From positions 41,478,001 through 41,542,000 of the forward strand of contig NC_043003.1 of NCBI RefSeq assembly GCF_006345805.1: a DNA stretch of 64,000 nt, read 5' to 3'. Origin of the DNA: Octopus sinensis (lineage: Eukaryota). Below, one piece after another: positions 26,107-41,179 of the stretch (positions within the stretch are counted from its first letter, which is position 1; the number at the start of each line of letters is the position of its first letter). The position numbers and the translations under genes were made by a program. Below the pieces are notes generated by a model. The model did no database searches, was not told the origin of the DNA, and saw only the letters and a list, made by a program, of their open reading frames with translations.

Positions 26107-27507
26107 TTCGTGAGATTACTTAGCTAGTTGCATTTGACTCTCATCGCTTGATAACGAGAGTCGTATTGTTTACTTCATAGAAAATATTCTACACTTGAAA
26201 TAATTTCTTGCACCGTTTTTATGGACTAAATATTTGAAGGTGATATTCCTGCTTAGATGCAAATAGTTGGTTGAATGAAGCAGATGGATAAACGAACGTA
26301 AGAATAAATATATAAATATTCACAAATGTGATAGTTATTGTATGTTTATTCGAACATTTAGAAGCAACAGCCACACCTTATTGCAATTATTCAGAAAGAC
26401 ACATGATACTGGTGGAAACAGAATATTGACGCTGAAAGAGTTTAGTAGAAAGTCATCCAAGTAAATGTAAATATTTTACAATGTATGTAGATAAAGTTTA
26501 TAGAATATAAAGTATTAAAAAAATAATGCTTTTATTTGAGCGATATGAATATATTATTTATGACACCTTCACAGAGAATGACAAATTAAATTTTAATACT
26601 TTTTCCTATTAAATTCGTCTGATATATAATTTTCTGAAAAAGCAATATATCGATATAGGTCATGACTTATTGAAAGACTGTCTTCATTCAAACTGTGTGT
26701 TGACAGTGGGGTCATCAGGCCAATAATGATATCACACACACCGGTTCAATATCTCTTCTATTACATAAATTAGATAATTGTTAGTCAATTAACCAATACT
26801 TGGCTGGTACATTTTTAGCGACCCGGACAGATAAAATGCATGGTTGATCAAAGTGGAATTGACAACAGATTTTCGCATTGATGTCAGTAGAACCAATAAA
26901 TTTATCAAAATCCTGCAAAATTTGAACTAATTTCCTGAAACTTTATATCACTATCATTATGGAAATTTCAAATAAGTAAAAAACAAACCAAAAATAAAAA
27001 AAACTGAAATTTTCTATCAAATTCTTACTACCTCATAGTTCCTCAAAACGAGGTGCACAACTATATTCGTGCACATGTATATATGAAGGTATCAATGGAA
27101 ACTAAAATCAACTAGCGAAATGTAAACTTCTAGATATATAATTGACTTTATGCCTATAATAAGGGGAATATAGAAAGATGCCAAACTTAGTAAATTTTCT
27201 TTGTGATATTCTAGTTTCCTCCATATTTAAGTGTATTTCTTCGACATTACATTTCTTTATTTTTCGCTTCAAATTACTTTTATTTGTCTTTCTTTATATG
27301 TGTGCGTGTATAAATATTTACATATACGTGCAAAAGTATATGTGTGCGTGAATATATGTATGTGTGTGTGTGTATCATTCATCTTTCCCTTTCTCCCCCA
27401 TTTGATTTGATTTTTCATTTGTTTCCAAATTATTTTATGTGTGTAGGCGCGTGATTGTTGATAAGAACTAAATATATTGTAGCTAATGAATCTATATTAC
27501 CATGCAG

Positions 27508-27613
<106 letters not shown>

Positions 27614-27975
27614 CATAATACACATAGACATGTGTGTTAATGTATACATATATATATATATGTATATACATATACACACTCACGCGCACACACACACACA
27701 CATATATATATACATAATACATTGATTAAATGGCAGTCATAATACGTACATTTATAGATAAAATACGCAGACCACTATATAAGCAAAAGTATCAGATTAC
27801 CTATATTTATACGTAGATAAATCAACATTTAAGCGCGTGCGCAGAAATTAGTGTGTGTGTGTACACGCGTGCCTGTGTATGAGCATATGCCTATCTCTTT
27901 GTTTTTGCACGCGTATGTTTGTACCTATGTGTTTGCTTAAAAATCCTATTGTAAATAATATTATACCAACATTAG

Positions 27976-28007
<32 letters not shown>

Positions 28008-28030
28008 CATGCGTATATGTATTATATTAA

Positions 28031-28061
<31 letters not shown>

Positions 28062-28102
28062 TATATATATATAATATATATAATATATCTATATATATAA
28101 TA

Positions 28103-28133
<31 letters not shown>

Positions 28134-31100
28134 CTATATATATATATATATATAATATATATAATATATAGTATATATAATATATATAGTATATATAATA
28201 TATCTATATATATAATATATCTATATCTATCTATCTATCTATCTATATATATATATATGTATATAATACATATACATCTTCAAAGTGCTGTATAATTTTG
28301 GCAGTTTACCTCTCTATTTATTGTTCTTTCATTGTATATTTTTTATATACTTTCCTTTCAGTTTTTTTTATTCTCTTTTTTGTCTCATCTGTTAAATTTA
28401 CCGAAAATTCTTGGCCTGCAGTAACCTACGGGTGACCAGGCAGTTTTAAACGAAGAGATCGAAAAAAATATAAACGTACCGCCTGCAGGAGGTCTGAAAA
28501 TAAGAATGCAAAAAAGATAACAACCCTGTAATGGCAATCAGAATGTATTTCTATACAATTAATGTAAACGAAGCGTTTAAATGAATAGGATATAAATACA
28601 GGGTAAAAAAGAAGAGAGGAAATTGTATGGGCCATCTTTGTTTCATGCCTGGTTTCATTTATCTATATTTTTCTATTATTTTCACTTAGAGTTGCTTTTT
28701 TTCTATACTTTCCATCCAAAGTCACGTTTTGTATTAATATGTGGAAAAAATGGAGTTACAATTGGCCGTGTTCGTTCGGTGCCCGGCTATTCGATAGATT
28801 TTTAGGTTCGTATCATTTTAATGGTATCCGTGATAGGGTATCATTGGGCAATCAATTCATTTAACTTTCTGAAATCCAAGAAATATTTACGTAAACAGGT
28901 ATGGTAGTAAAAAGCAACTCAGTCTCGCAGTAGAATATCATTCTAAAATTTAGGTGTTTCTCAAAGGACCTTACCTAATCTTTTAGAGGGTGCTTGTGGA
29001 TAGGTGATTACTCCCATTGTTTGAATCGTATCTCACTAGAGTCACTGCTTAGTAACATTGACTGAACGTCCCAATGCACTTAAAGTGGGTACCTCAGATT
29101 TACATAACCCTAAACTGCTCAACATTTAGTCAAATGATACATGATATATTGACATCATTCCAATAGTGTAAGTTACTAATTCTGACCTCAGCACTTCGAG
29201 TAATTCTTCCTGAAAGATAATCCCATTTAACGATAACAACACTTTCCTGCTTGAAAGAGTCAGGAAAAGTCTGGTAACATCTTAGGTTCCGTGGCACATT
29301 TTCTGATTGAATAATAAAAAAATACCTATACTCTCTAAAACTACGACTAGCAACATAACACTGACTGCAAGAGTAGCTACGGATCCATTACAGAGTCAAT
29401 CGAGCTGTTAGAAAGAGAAGTTAAATCTCCATGAATTCATAACATATTATCATACGAAAATGAACGACTCATGGGATGAAGGAATATCTTGAAACAAAAG
29501 ACAACTAGGTCATGGCTGCATACATTTAAATACAGAAATGCTCAATAGAACCTTACTTGGGGTCGAAACATCAGCACAAAGTAGCGATGGCAATAATAGA
29601 CACGGCGAAACAATAAAAAAAATCAACACCGCATTCATCATCATTGTATGAAATGAATGCACACACTCACACATGCATGCACACATTCACGCATTGATAC
29701 ACGCATATGCATGCAAATCAGAGGCTCGAGGGTGTCAAGCATCCATTTGATCTTTTTAATAGGCACACTTCTCCAAGTGACCGTGATAATTTTTTACCGT
29801 TATTTTTTTTATGCATACTAAGTCACTCATATTATCATTAAAAATAATGTCTTCTTATATATTTAAATATTTTTATTCACATCGATCACCTTTTTTTAAT
29901 TTTCTGCGGCATTAAAAAACGATCATCGTACACATTGGTGAGGTGAATAATCTCCATAATCCCGGGGTCAGTAAGAATGGCTGAAGATGAACTAAGACTT
30001 TTTTCTCAGAGTTCGAAATCACGGTGATACAGGCACATCTTGCTTTTTCAATTTTTAATTATTTTCATCATTGGTACGTGGTTTTAGGATTTTTATTCGT
30101 TTGCCCCCTTTCACGTTTGTGATTAAGTGAAAACTTGTGGTTTGGTAATTTTGACTGCTATTCTTAGCATGCCGGTACTGCTTGTTAGTACACTTACTTA
30201 TTAATTGATCATTTCTTACCGCTATGGGTTTTTCACGCATGCTACTCTACTGATTTTTTTATTCACCATAATAAATTCATATATATTATACATATGCATA
30301 TTTACTTTCCCTTTGAGCTGTTTCATCTTTCATTTCGTCATACAAGAATTTTATTAGTTTAACTGGTCTCTTCTAGAGACAAGTTAGGCAGTTAGAAACA
30401 TTAAAATTAAGCGAAGAACCTAGCTGAATATCAGAATGGTACATTATTTACCAGAAAAAGCAAAGTTGATATATATATAGCGGTTACTGAAGGACAAAGT
30501 GATCCGCAAAGTCCGAAGTCTGCATTCTGATGCAAAGTTCAAATTCTGCAATCGCTCCAATCTTTCCCGCATCACAAGTCGCCGACTTCAAGGCAGACAG
30601 GAATTTTGGAATTCATGATATAGTTACTCTTGAATGCGTTCACCTGCGATTCAACCCCTGCCCCAGCATTTCCATCATTACACTCGTGACTGGGCCAAAG
30701 TCACAGTATCACTCTTCTCAGAACTTGTGTTGCATACCGTCAAATTTATGATTTATCATATACGTATTTTGCTTTGCCAATTACTTTTGGGAACATAGAC
30801 GATTCATACCACTACTACTTACGCCAGCGAACATATCTTCTCTATTTCAGCTCTACAGGCCTTTTCATCACTTTCTTGTCAGTGTGCGCCATCTCCGTGC
30901 ACTATGGATCCACATTCTCCAGGAAAAGGAGTAAACAACATTTATATGCCAAAATGGTACCATGTCCTCAATTGGTTTATAATGAAAGTTTTTTATCTTC
31001 TACACTAACACTTCCTCTGAGTTTATTAACCATTTTTAAAAATCAAACTTCAATCTCACCTAAACTTCTCTTCATCTCACTCTGAACATCAACCACTAAA

Positions 31101-31561
31101 TCTCCCTATCGCCTCTATTGTGTACATGCCCAGCAATCGTACAGCAAATTATAGTCAATCTATTTGCTAAGTACTGAACCGGTCAACATCTTAGTTATAA
31201 TAATAATTACAACAAACCTATGAATGTAGTGCTATTTAATTTAAAGTTTGTATGCAAAAAAAAAAAAATAGCATTTGAATTCCCAATAAGACGGTTGTTT
31301 TTGTATATTCGACTTTCAGCGTCTAGCTTTAAAACTAATATATATATAATCTAGTATTAATTCTCTAAAACCTCTTTCTGTTGTTCTCAAATGATGATAG
31401 CACTCTGTATGAATAGGTGGCCGAGAAAATCACAATAGTTTTTCGTGTAAATATATGCAGTATGTATTTTTACATGTACAATTTACATCCCATGTTGAAT
31501 CTATATTGCCTTAGACAGACTTGTACATTCATCACGTATATATGCATATATATGCACACAC

Positions 31562-31607
<46 letters not shown>

Positions 31608-32067
31608 ATATATGTGTGTGTGTGTGTGTGCGTGGTTGTGTCTATATCTATAAGTATAACAGTCTAAAACACACGCATATGTACTTCTATGTTATTATAC
31701 AAATTTTCGATTTGATGACAGAGAAAATATTATCAAATAAGCCATACCATACACAGAAACTATACACTCGGTCATATACATATTCACCACACCTGCACAT
31801 GGGCATATGTATAGACACATACATACGAGCAAGGACCAAAAATATACATACAACAATACAATTACACAAAAGCATGCATAGACATATATCTGCAAATTAT
31901 TGTTTTAGTGTTATGTCTACATTGGGAACTCTGTAATCGTTGGTCCATATATATATATATATATATATATATACGTATATACACGAACATATATGCTCAT
32001 AAGTACGTACTTATGCATACAAACACAAATAGACACATATAGACATACGATCATATATATATATATA

Positions 32068-32099
<32 letters not shown>

Positions 32100-32144
32100 C
32101 ATACATATACATATATATATACATACATATACATATATATATAT

Positions 32145-32175
<31 letters not shown>

Positions 32176-32246
32176 CATATATATATTATATATATATATA
32201 TTATATATATTATATATATATATATATATATACATATATATATAAC

Positions 32247-32277
<31 letters not shown>

Positions 32278-32602
32278 TATACACACATACACACACACAC
32301 ATATATATGAGCGTATGTATTTGGTACTACGAGTAGGTGTAAGAGTAAATCAGATTCATAGAGATCAAACGAATTTCACAATTCTAAAACCCGATTCCTG
32401 CAACATAGCAATCAACATGAAAGCATTATACCAGCCGTGCCCACACATTACACATACACTGCATTGATTATTGTTTGATGTCTCTTGATTGTTGATGAAA
32501 GTATCAAGTAGTTCGTTCGATAGACAAATCTGATATTCTGCATCGGATTTTAGGATTTTAGACGAGGAAACTTTCATACAGGGATAATTTATACGTATCC
32601 AT

Positions 32603-32745
32603 ATGTATATATATATATATATATATGTACACGTGTGTGTATAGACATACATATGTATGTATATATATATGTATGTATATATGTATACATATATATACGT
32701 ATGTGTATATATACATATACACACACATATGCATGCACATATATT

Positions 32746-32795
<50 letters not shown>

Positions 32796-33988
32796 TATAT
32801 GGATGTACACATTTTTTTTCGGAGAGAATTATGTTTTCAATACAATGCAACCAAGATTACAGCGCATCAATAGGGATTAAGCATTACAGGAAGTATCTGT
32901 ATCTGTGAATCAGGCACGTTTGCATTTTACAGCGTGATTATAATGGAAATCCTTCGTGGCCAAAGAACCAACTACCCAGTGGTTAGTACCCTGATTGTGA
33001 CAAGTTTATCGTTTAACTTGGAAGATTATATTGTACACATCAGCAATCAGACACAACGGACCATGAGAACCAGTTTTAGGATATTTGCTTTCTATAGAAC
33101 ATGCACAAAGTCATTACACAGATTGAAGAAACTAGCTTGAAAATCCTTTTCCCCACTGACGAACGACACTCTACTAAAACTTTCATTAAATTACGTACAA
33201 ATACGGGATCTCATATGGTGACTCACATATATAACATTGGCAAAACAGTATTACTAAAAATATTTAACTTTTTTATTTATAGTCAGGAAAGTCTGCAATC
33301 CCCATCAGTTGTTTAACCTTTACAAAGCTTAAAGAAAATGTTCAATGGTTATATTGATTGCACAAATGGAATGATGATCTTGCTTCTGTTGCTACTACAG
33401 ACATACAGTCTTTCCTACACGCAAAATTCTGTAGGACTCTTCTCTTTCTTTCTTACGCTATCACTTTTCCCTTATAATTTACTGTTAGAACTACAGTTCC
33501 TGTTCTGAATTGCTTGTTCAATACATTTTCCTCACTCACCTCCAACCAACACTTTTCTACGACACCTTATTCTAACTGGGTTGCATTTAAGTGTTAATTG
33601 ATCTGTTTGAAATAGTACCTAAATATGTGTAAAATCACACAGAACGTCTTAAACATGGAAAAACAAAGACGGCAAGGTGTCGTTGGATTCACGATTTCTA
33701 AATTACACATAAAGTAATGATCGCTGGAATTATAAATTGCCTAATTCTAGTCAGTCAGATACTACTCAGAATAAACAGAATAATAGAGCATTTTATTATT
33801 GTTTTTTTTTCCTGTCTCATACAACGGCTTCATCTCTAATGATTACATAAGTACATTGACTTAGAATCAAATCAAAATTAGAAGGCGATAAAAATAGAAG
33901 TAGATACACAAAAATATAAGCTCTTAGTCATACACACGCGTATTTCTAATAACACATACATGAATACATATCTATATATATATAATAT

Positions 33989-34032
<44 letters not shown>

Positions 34033-34686
34033 ACTACAGGACAATCAGTAATTTGTCATAATAGGACTCAGAGTTTCAAATACCGGAGCTTCTGGGCATT
34101 TTCCTCAGCCATTGAGACGATATGAAAAAAAACCCGTTGAATAAAATGTTACTCTAATAGGCATGAAAAAATTATAAAAGATATAAAATATAAAAGATAT
34201 AAAAGCTACATAATTTTTTTTTTAATATAAAAAATACACGCAACCACATTCACAATTAGAACTTGACAAATGAATATATAAAAACGTAAACAATATCCAT
34301 ATATGCACACTTACATTCGCACTCACTGCATATATGAATATACATATATGTACATACACATATGCACGCATATGCATATACATATATATGTATGAATATA
34401 CGCACACATATACGCATATATGTATACGCAAATTCATCTCACATAGATATATGCCTACATTTATATAAATAAATATACACATACACAAACATTAACGTAC
34501 ATATATATGCACAATCGTACGTATATGAATATACGTAAACGTACATTCACACACATACATATACACGCATATGCATATATATGCATAAATATATACACAC
34601 ATACATACATATGCAACTTCATCCTTACAAGTATATACCTACATTTATATAGACATTGATACATATATACACATACACAAGCATAA

Positions 34687-34740
<54 letters not shown>

Positions 34741-34886
34741 ATATGTACACGTGTGTGTATAGACATACATATGTATGTATATATATATGTATGTATATAT
34801 GTATACATATATATACGTATGTGTATATATATACATATACACACACATATGCATGCACATATATTTATATATATATATATATATAG

Positions 34887-34917
<31 letters not shown>

Positions 34918-36115
34918 TATATGGATGTACACTTTTTTTTTCGGAGAGAATTATGTTTTCAATACAATGCAACCAAGATTACAGCGCATCAATAGGGATT
35001 AAGCATTACAGGAAGTATCTGTATCTGTGAATCAGGCACGTTTGCATTTTACAGCGTGATTATAATGGAAATCCTTCGTGGCCAAAGAAACCAACTACCC
35101 AGTGGTTAGTACCCTGATTGTGACAAGTTTATCGTTTAACTTGGAAGATTATATTGTACACATCAGCAATCAGACACAACGGACCATGAGAACCAGTTTT
35201 AGGATATTTGCTTTCTATAGAACATGCACAAAGTCATTACACAGATTGAAGAAACTAGCTTGAAAATCCTTTTCCCCACTGACGAACGACACTCTACTAA
35301 AACTTTCATTAAATTACGTACAAATACGGGATCTCATATGGTGACTCACATATATAACATTGGCAAAACAGTATTACTAAAAATATTTAACTTTTTTATT
35401 TATAGTCAGGAAAGTCTGCAATCCCCATCATTGTTTAACCTTTACAAAGCTTAAGAAAATGTTCAATGGTTATATTGATTGCACAAATGGAATGATGATC
35501 TTGCTTCTGTTGCTACTACAGACATACAGTCTTTCCTACACGCAAAATTCTGTAGGACTCTTCTCTTTCTTTCTTACGCTATCACTTTTCCCTATAATTT
35601 ACTGTTAGAACTACAGTTCCTGTTCTGAATTGCTTGTTCAATACATTTTCCTCACTCACCTCCAACCAACACTTTTCTACGACACCTTATTCTAACTGGG
35701 TTGCATTTAAGTGTTAATTGATCTGTTTGAAATAGTACCTAAATATGTGTAAAATCACACAGAACGTCTTAAACATGGGAAAACAAAGACGGCAAAGTGT
35801 CGTTGGATTCACGATTTCTAAATTACACATAAAGTAATGATCGCTGGAATTATAAATTGCCTAATTCTAGTCAGTCAGATACTACTCAGAGTAAAAAAAA
35901 TAATAGAGCATTTTATTATTGTTTTTTTTTTCCTGTCTCATACAACGGCTTCATCTCTAATGATTACATAAGTACATTGACTTAGAATCAAATCAAAATT
36001 AGAAGGCGATAAAAATAGAAGTAGATACACAAAAATATAAGCTCTTAGTCATACACACGCGTATTTCTAATAACACATACATGAATACATATCTATATAT
36101 ATATAAATATAAATA

Positions 36116-36156
<41 letters not shown>

Positions 36157-36807
36157 TACAGGACAATCAGTAATTTGTCATAATAGGACTCAGAGTTTCA
36201 AATACCGGAGCTTCTGGGCATTTTCCTCAGCCATTGAGACGATATGAAAAAAAACCCGTTGAATAAAATGTTACTCTAATAGGCATGAAAAAATTATAAA
36301 AGATATAAAATATAAAAGATATAAAAGCTACATAATTTTTTTTTTAATATAAAAAATACACGCAACCACATTCACAATTAGAACTTGACAAATGAATATA
36401 TAAAAACGTAAACAATATCCATATATGCACACTTACATTCGCACTCACTGCATATATGAATATACATATATGTACATACACATATGCACGCATATGCATA
36501 TACATATATATGTATGAATATACGCACACATATACGCATATATGTATACGCAAATTCATCTCACATAGATATATGCCTACATTTATATAATAAATATACA
36601 CATACACAAACATTAACGTACATATATATGCACAATCGTACGTATATGAATATACGTAAACGTACATTCACACACATACATATACACGCATATGCATATA
36701 TATGCATAAATATATACACACATACATACATATGCAACTTCATCCTTACAAGTATATACCTACATTTATATAGACATTGATACATATATACACATACACA
36801 AGCATAA

Positions 36808-36861
<54 letters not shown>

Positions 36862-36862
36862 A
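32603..36862. repeat. ~2.12 kb tandem duplication (two copies)
   Basis: atgtacacgtg at 32625 and 34743 (period 2118). Near-identical, with a few substitutions and 1-nt indels; all junctions lie in (TA)n tracts. Confidence 0.95.
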
Positions 36863-36864
36863 TA

Positions 36865-37669
36865 CTAGCAGCATAGCCCGGCGCTGCCGGGGATGTAAGA
36901 GCCCCTAGTGGGCAACGACTAATCCCAATCTAGTCCTTTTCCTCTAGGGAACGAAGGCGCACGTGTAGGTTGCAATGTCTTCTCTTCACTCCCAAATAAC
37001 TATCAAACAGCTATCGATAATTCAACCCAACCAATTCCTACCAGGAAGAAATTACATTTGAGACTTTACCCCCAACACTTCTGCCAATAGCTGCTGCAGC
37101 CGCAAGTTATTCGAATCCTTTTTTTGTTTACACTTTCTTTATAACTACCACACCAAACATTTTACCTTAAATTTTTGACGTACCCTAAGGGTCCTCGGAC
37201 GCTACTTGCAAACTCTTGGTTTATTATAAACCGCTTTTGTCGTGTGCACCAAAAAAACCTTTTCCTTTCGTTTGTTCAGTTTGGTCACTTTTGACTTTTT
37301 CGTTGTTGTCACTCACATTGCTGCCCGCTTTTTTGCCGTTTTTGTACATTTTTATACATTTTGGGATACTTACCCCACGTGTTCCGAGAGTTAAAAAGGT
37401 TGAGTTGCGTCCCCTAGACTGTCTGTAGAAAATGTGTTGCATATAAAAAGATTAGATTCTCGACCCATGTCGAATTTATCGATTTTTTTTCAGAACTGGG
37501 GGAACTTTTCAAAATTTTCGCTGCGTTAGTTTTGAATTATGACATTGGGCTATGTGTGTGTCAAGTTTCATCAGAATCGGTTGAAAGCCATGGTTAGGGT
37601 GAGGGTACAACCTGACAGACACACAGACACACAGACAGACAAACTGCCGTTTATATATATATATAGGGA
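36865..37669 (-). mobile_element. Non-autonomous Helitron
   Basis: Minus strand begins A|TCCCTATATATATATATAAACGG and ends with the hairpin CCCGGC-AGC-GCCGGG, 8 nt, then CTAG|T. This gives canonical TC...CTRR termini, an A|T insertion and a subterminal hairpin. Confidence 0.85.
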
Positions 37670-38014
37670 TATTATTATTAAAATACTATCACAAGTGGTA
37701 AGCGAATTATCAGCCGTACAGGCAAATTTATAGACTATATACATACAATATTAGATATGTACATATATACACAAGGGTACTACATGAGTAACTATATCGC
37801 TAATGATAGAAGTCAAAAAATACTTCTGTACCACCGAATAGTCACAAATCTATTACAGGCAAGATAGGAAAAAATATCAGTGAGCAATAATAATGTCTTA
37901 CCTCAAATGAGTTAGAACAAGTGAATGCTAGTCAGCCTTGTACTGGTGCAGGGGCATAATAAAAAAGCAAGCTCTATCCGTGATCTTGGTGGGTGTGACT
38001 AAAACCGTAACAAG

Positions 38015-38420
38015 TATTTTGTCATATCCGGACATGATCCAAAACGGTCAGTTTTTGAATTTAGACATGTAGCGGTGTCTAAGGAACTTTTCCAGATGAG
38101 CCATATTTCCATATCACAAATAACGCACCTCCCACTGCCGTTGGTATAAAGTTTACACTTGGCCAAGATCTTCCAGTGAATCTTATAGCTGATAAATTGT
38201 TCTTTTAATACCTATATATAACTGGATAATTTGGTCATTTTCCTTTTATCTCAGTATCTGAAGCTTAAGGTGTGATTATTGAACCTACCTTTAAAATTTC
38301 CGTCTGTGAGACTTACATATTTCTTTGACGAAACTGCGTCTCTAGCGGTCGTAGGTTCTACGTGGCTTCATAAACAGTGATCTCGGTCATATAGGCTCCA
38401 TTTAGCGGTCACAAGTCGTT
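38015..38420 (-). pseudogene. Decayed GIY-YIG domain of a second PLE lineage
   Basis: PLNGAYMTEITVYEAT...KYVSLTDGNFKGRFNNHTLSFRY*DKRKMTKLSSYI*VLKEQFISYKIHWKILAKCKLYTNGSGRCVICDMEIWLI...LNSKTD resembles the CPL.G.C...VYKA..YIG.T...FK.R.NNH..SF...LSKYIW.LK...C.LC..E type of PLE endonuclease. It is distinct from the element at 53144. Confidence 0.75.
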
Positions 38421-38846
38421 ATGTGTGTGTGGGTGTGTTGGTGTGTGTTTTATGTGTGCGTGAGTTTGTGAGAGTGTGTGTGTTTGTTGAAAGAGTGATA
38501 CGTACATACAGAGGAAAGGAGAGCGACAAATATAGAGGCAGAGAAAGGGAGAGAAGGGTGAAAGAGAGAGCGAGAGAGAGAGAGAGAGAGAGAGAGATCT
38601 TGATACTTGACATCCTGGAAAATATACACATTTATAGATACACCACAATTCTTTAGTGTGAACTGTACCCGAAATTCAAAACGCATAACTGCTTCGCGCA
38701 GTTCTTGTTCTGATTCTACTTCAGTTCTGGATCTAAATTTTTGGTTAACGCTCAAGTACTAAGCACAATAATACATGAGCCATTCTGTACCAGTTAATTG
38801 GTCAATCGAATCGTCGTTGTTGAACGAGTGAGATTCAGTAATGTCG

Positions 38847-38890
<44 letters not shown>

Positions 38891-38965
38891 CTCTAACTGT
38901 CTACTTACCTGCCTGTCAGCCTGTCTAGTTGTTTCCCCCCTCTCTCTCTATATATATACATATAT

Positions 38966-39000
<35 letters not shown>

Positions 39001-39199
39001 CGAATATATCTCCCGCCTTCGCCGTGAACAAATTTAATCTGCTCTCATCGCTCCTTTGCGCCACATGGGATCAACTCACCTCTTCTCTTCATCTGACACC
39101 AACCTCGCCTTGTCTCTTTCTTTGATACCATCCCCACACCACTCATCACACACTAGCACTGACCTCTTCCCAGCACCTACACCACACAGCATTTCCACA

Positions 39200-39340
39200 T
39201 ACTTAGTGGTTTGGCAAAACGAGACCGATGAGTAAGTACTAGGCTGACAAAAAATAAGTCCTTGGGTCTATTTGATCGACAAAAGGTTGTGCTCCATCAT
39301 GGCCACAATCTAATGACTGAAACAAGCAAATGAATAAAAG
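39200..39340 (+). mobile_element. SINE 3' fragment
   Basis: ggtttggcaaaacgagaccgat..aagtact...gtgctccatcatggccacaatctaatgactgaaacaag, matching the 3' part of the 14761 family. Confidence 0.7.
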
Positions 39341-41106
39341 AATATATACACACATATTTAGAGAGATAGAGGTAGAAAGTTGGACAGTGAGAGAGAGAGA
39401 GAAGAAGAGAGAGAAGGTGATGAGAGAATTGGAGAGCGAGAAAACAAACAATTTCTTGTAAAGTGCAACCGAATTAAAGTGCAACGGAGTCTTGAGCGGG
39501 TGGAATTAAACAATGAGATGTAGATGGTTCTTACACCTGTGTAAGAAATGTGTTTAGGTGTGTATCGGTGTGTGCTTGTGCATATCTGTGTCAGTATGTG
39601 TCTGTGTATGAAGAACTACAGTCCTCTTAACACGGTTGATTTAATTACTAGAAATAGCCATTAAATCAACCGTTATGCATACACACACACGTGCTCGCGC
39701 ACACACACATATATATTACTGATGGTTCATTGGTCGATACCTTTAACAATAGATTTGTTCAGTGTAAGCTGAAACTTATTACAAAGCCAAAAATAAAATG
39801 AGGTTTTAATACGGTAATCATAATATTTGCTATAAATTTGTTTGTCAAATTCGGCGCAGTCAGCTTTAATTTCTTCCAGCATCCCAGTGTGGGTAGCTAT
39901 AATGTAAGAAATTTAAGTTTCGTTGCATAGTAAAGAAGGCTGGAATGCACTATTGTGTGGGACTATTTGATTAATCTCTGATAGCTCATTATCATTTTCT
40001 TCGAGAAAAATAAATTTAATGCTGCTTTAATATATCTTCAATTTTTTGTTGTTGTCCTTCATTAAGAAGTGTAGGTCAAATTGACTTCATTTTAAATGCA
40101 TCCCTTCTTCTGAAAATACTAATGCGTTATATGAACGGTTGTTAACTGCCACTTGTAAAAAAAAAAAAAAAAAAAGAAAATGGAGTGACTACACAGCCCC
40201 TCGCTACCTATCATATATTTAATGTAGATTTTTTTTAACGTAATTAAATTAATTAGTTCATTACTAAAGACCATTTCTGAAATCTGTTTGCCGTGAACAT
40301 GTTTTATAATACACTCTACATGAAACTCCTTGCTACCTAACATATATCTAATGTACTTTTTAAACGCAATTTAATTAACTACTTTATCACTGAAAGACCA
40401 TTTCTGAAATCTGTTTGCGGAGTACTTGGTTTTAGTATCATAGATGAGCGGACTGCTCAGATTTTCATCCAGATTTTCATCCAGTATTTTACCCAGAAAA
40501 AGAGTTAAAATAGGACAATAAGATTTAGTATGCCCTTCATTTCTACATCAATACTATACTATGTAATTTGAGTGAGATTTGGCCGATAGTTCTAACAATT
40601 CATGCTATTAGGTAAAGTCTGTTGTTTTTCATAATCTATGAGAGTGGTCCTACGTATCTCTATTACATCGCTCTCCCTCGAACATAATCCATTAAAGTGG
40701 TCCAATCGCAATGTTCTCCTTTCCTTCGAATCAATACCGTTCCCGCTCGTAACCACCAGAAAGATTTCTTTGTTTTATGTCGATGTGCGACTTAAATCCT
40801 GATGTTTGATCGCTGGGAACTCTGTAATGTAACTTAGTTTCAACCCCAAATCGAAGTTGTTTCATCTGAAGTAGGTTAAAAGTTAGAACACTAAATATTA
40901 TTAAAATGATATAGCAATGTGTATCATACCGTTGGCGGCACAATTGATTATCTATAAAGAAAAGAACAAAAACTTAGGGTCTGTTGCTTGCGCAACTTTG
41001 CCAGTCCTTCACATATTCGTTGTCACATCCATGCAAGACTTACAGCAATCTCATTATCTCTCCCCCTCTCTTTCTTTCCCTTAGTTTCTCTTTCACACTC
41101 TCTCTC

Positions 41107-41179
<73 letters not shown>

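Noticed and set aside
25862-26876. ~95-bp inverted homology suggesting TIRs of a 1-kb transposon
   Set aside because: Both arms look like old copies of the 4748/60849 SINE family in opposite orientation.
30490-31170. Possible old RTE-like LINE on the minus strand
   Set aside because: Only faint similarity with many stops; could not be supported.
33150-33185. CTGACGA motif in the tandem duplication
   Set aside because: No stem II and no GAAA; followed by TAAAAC.
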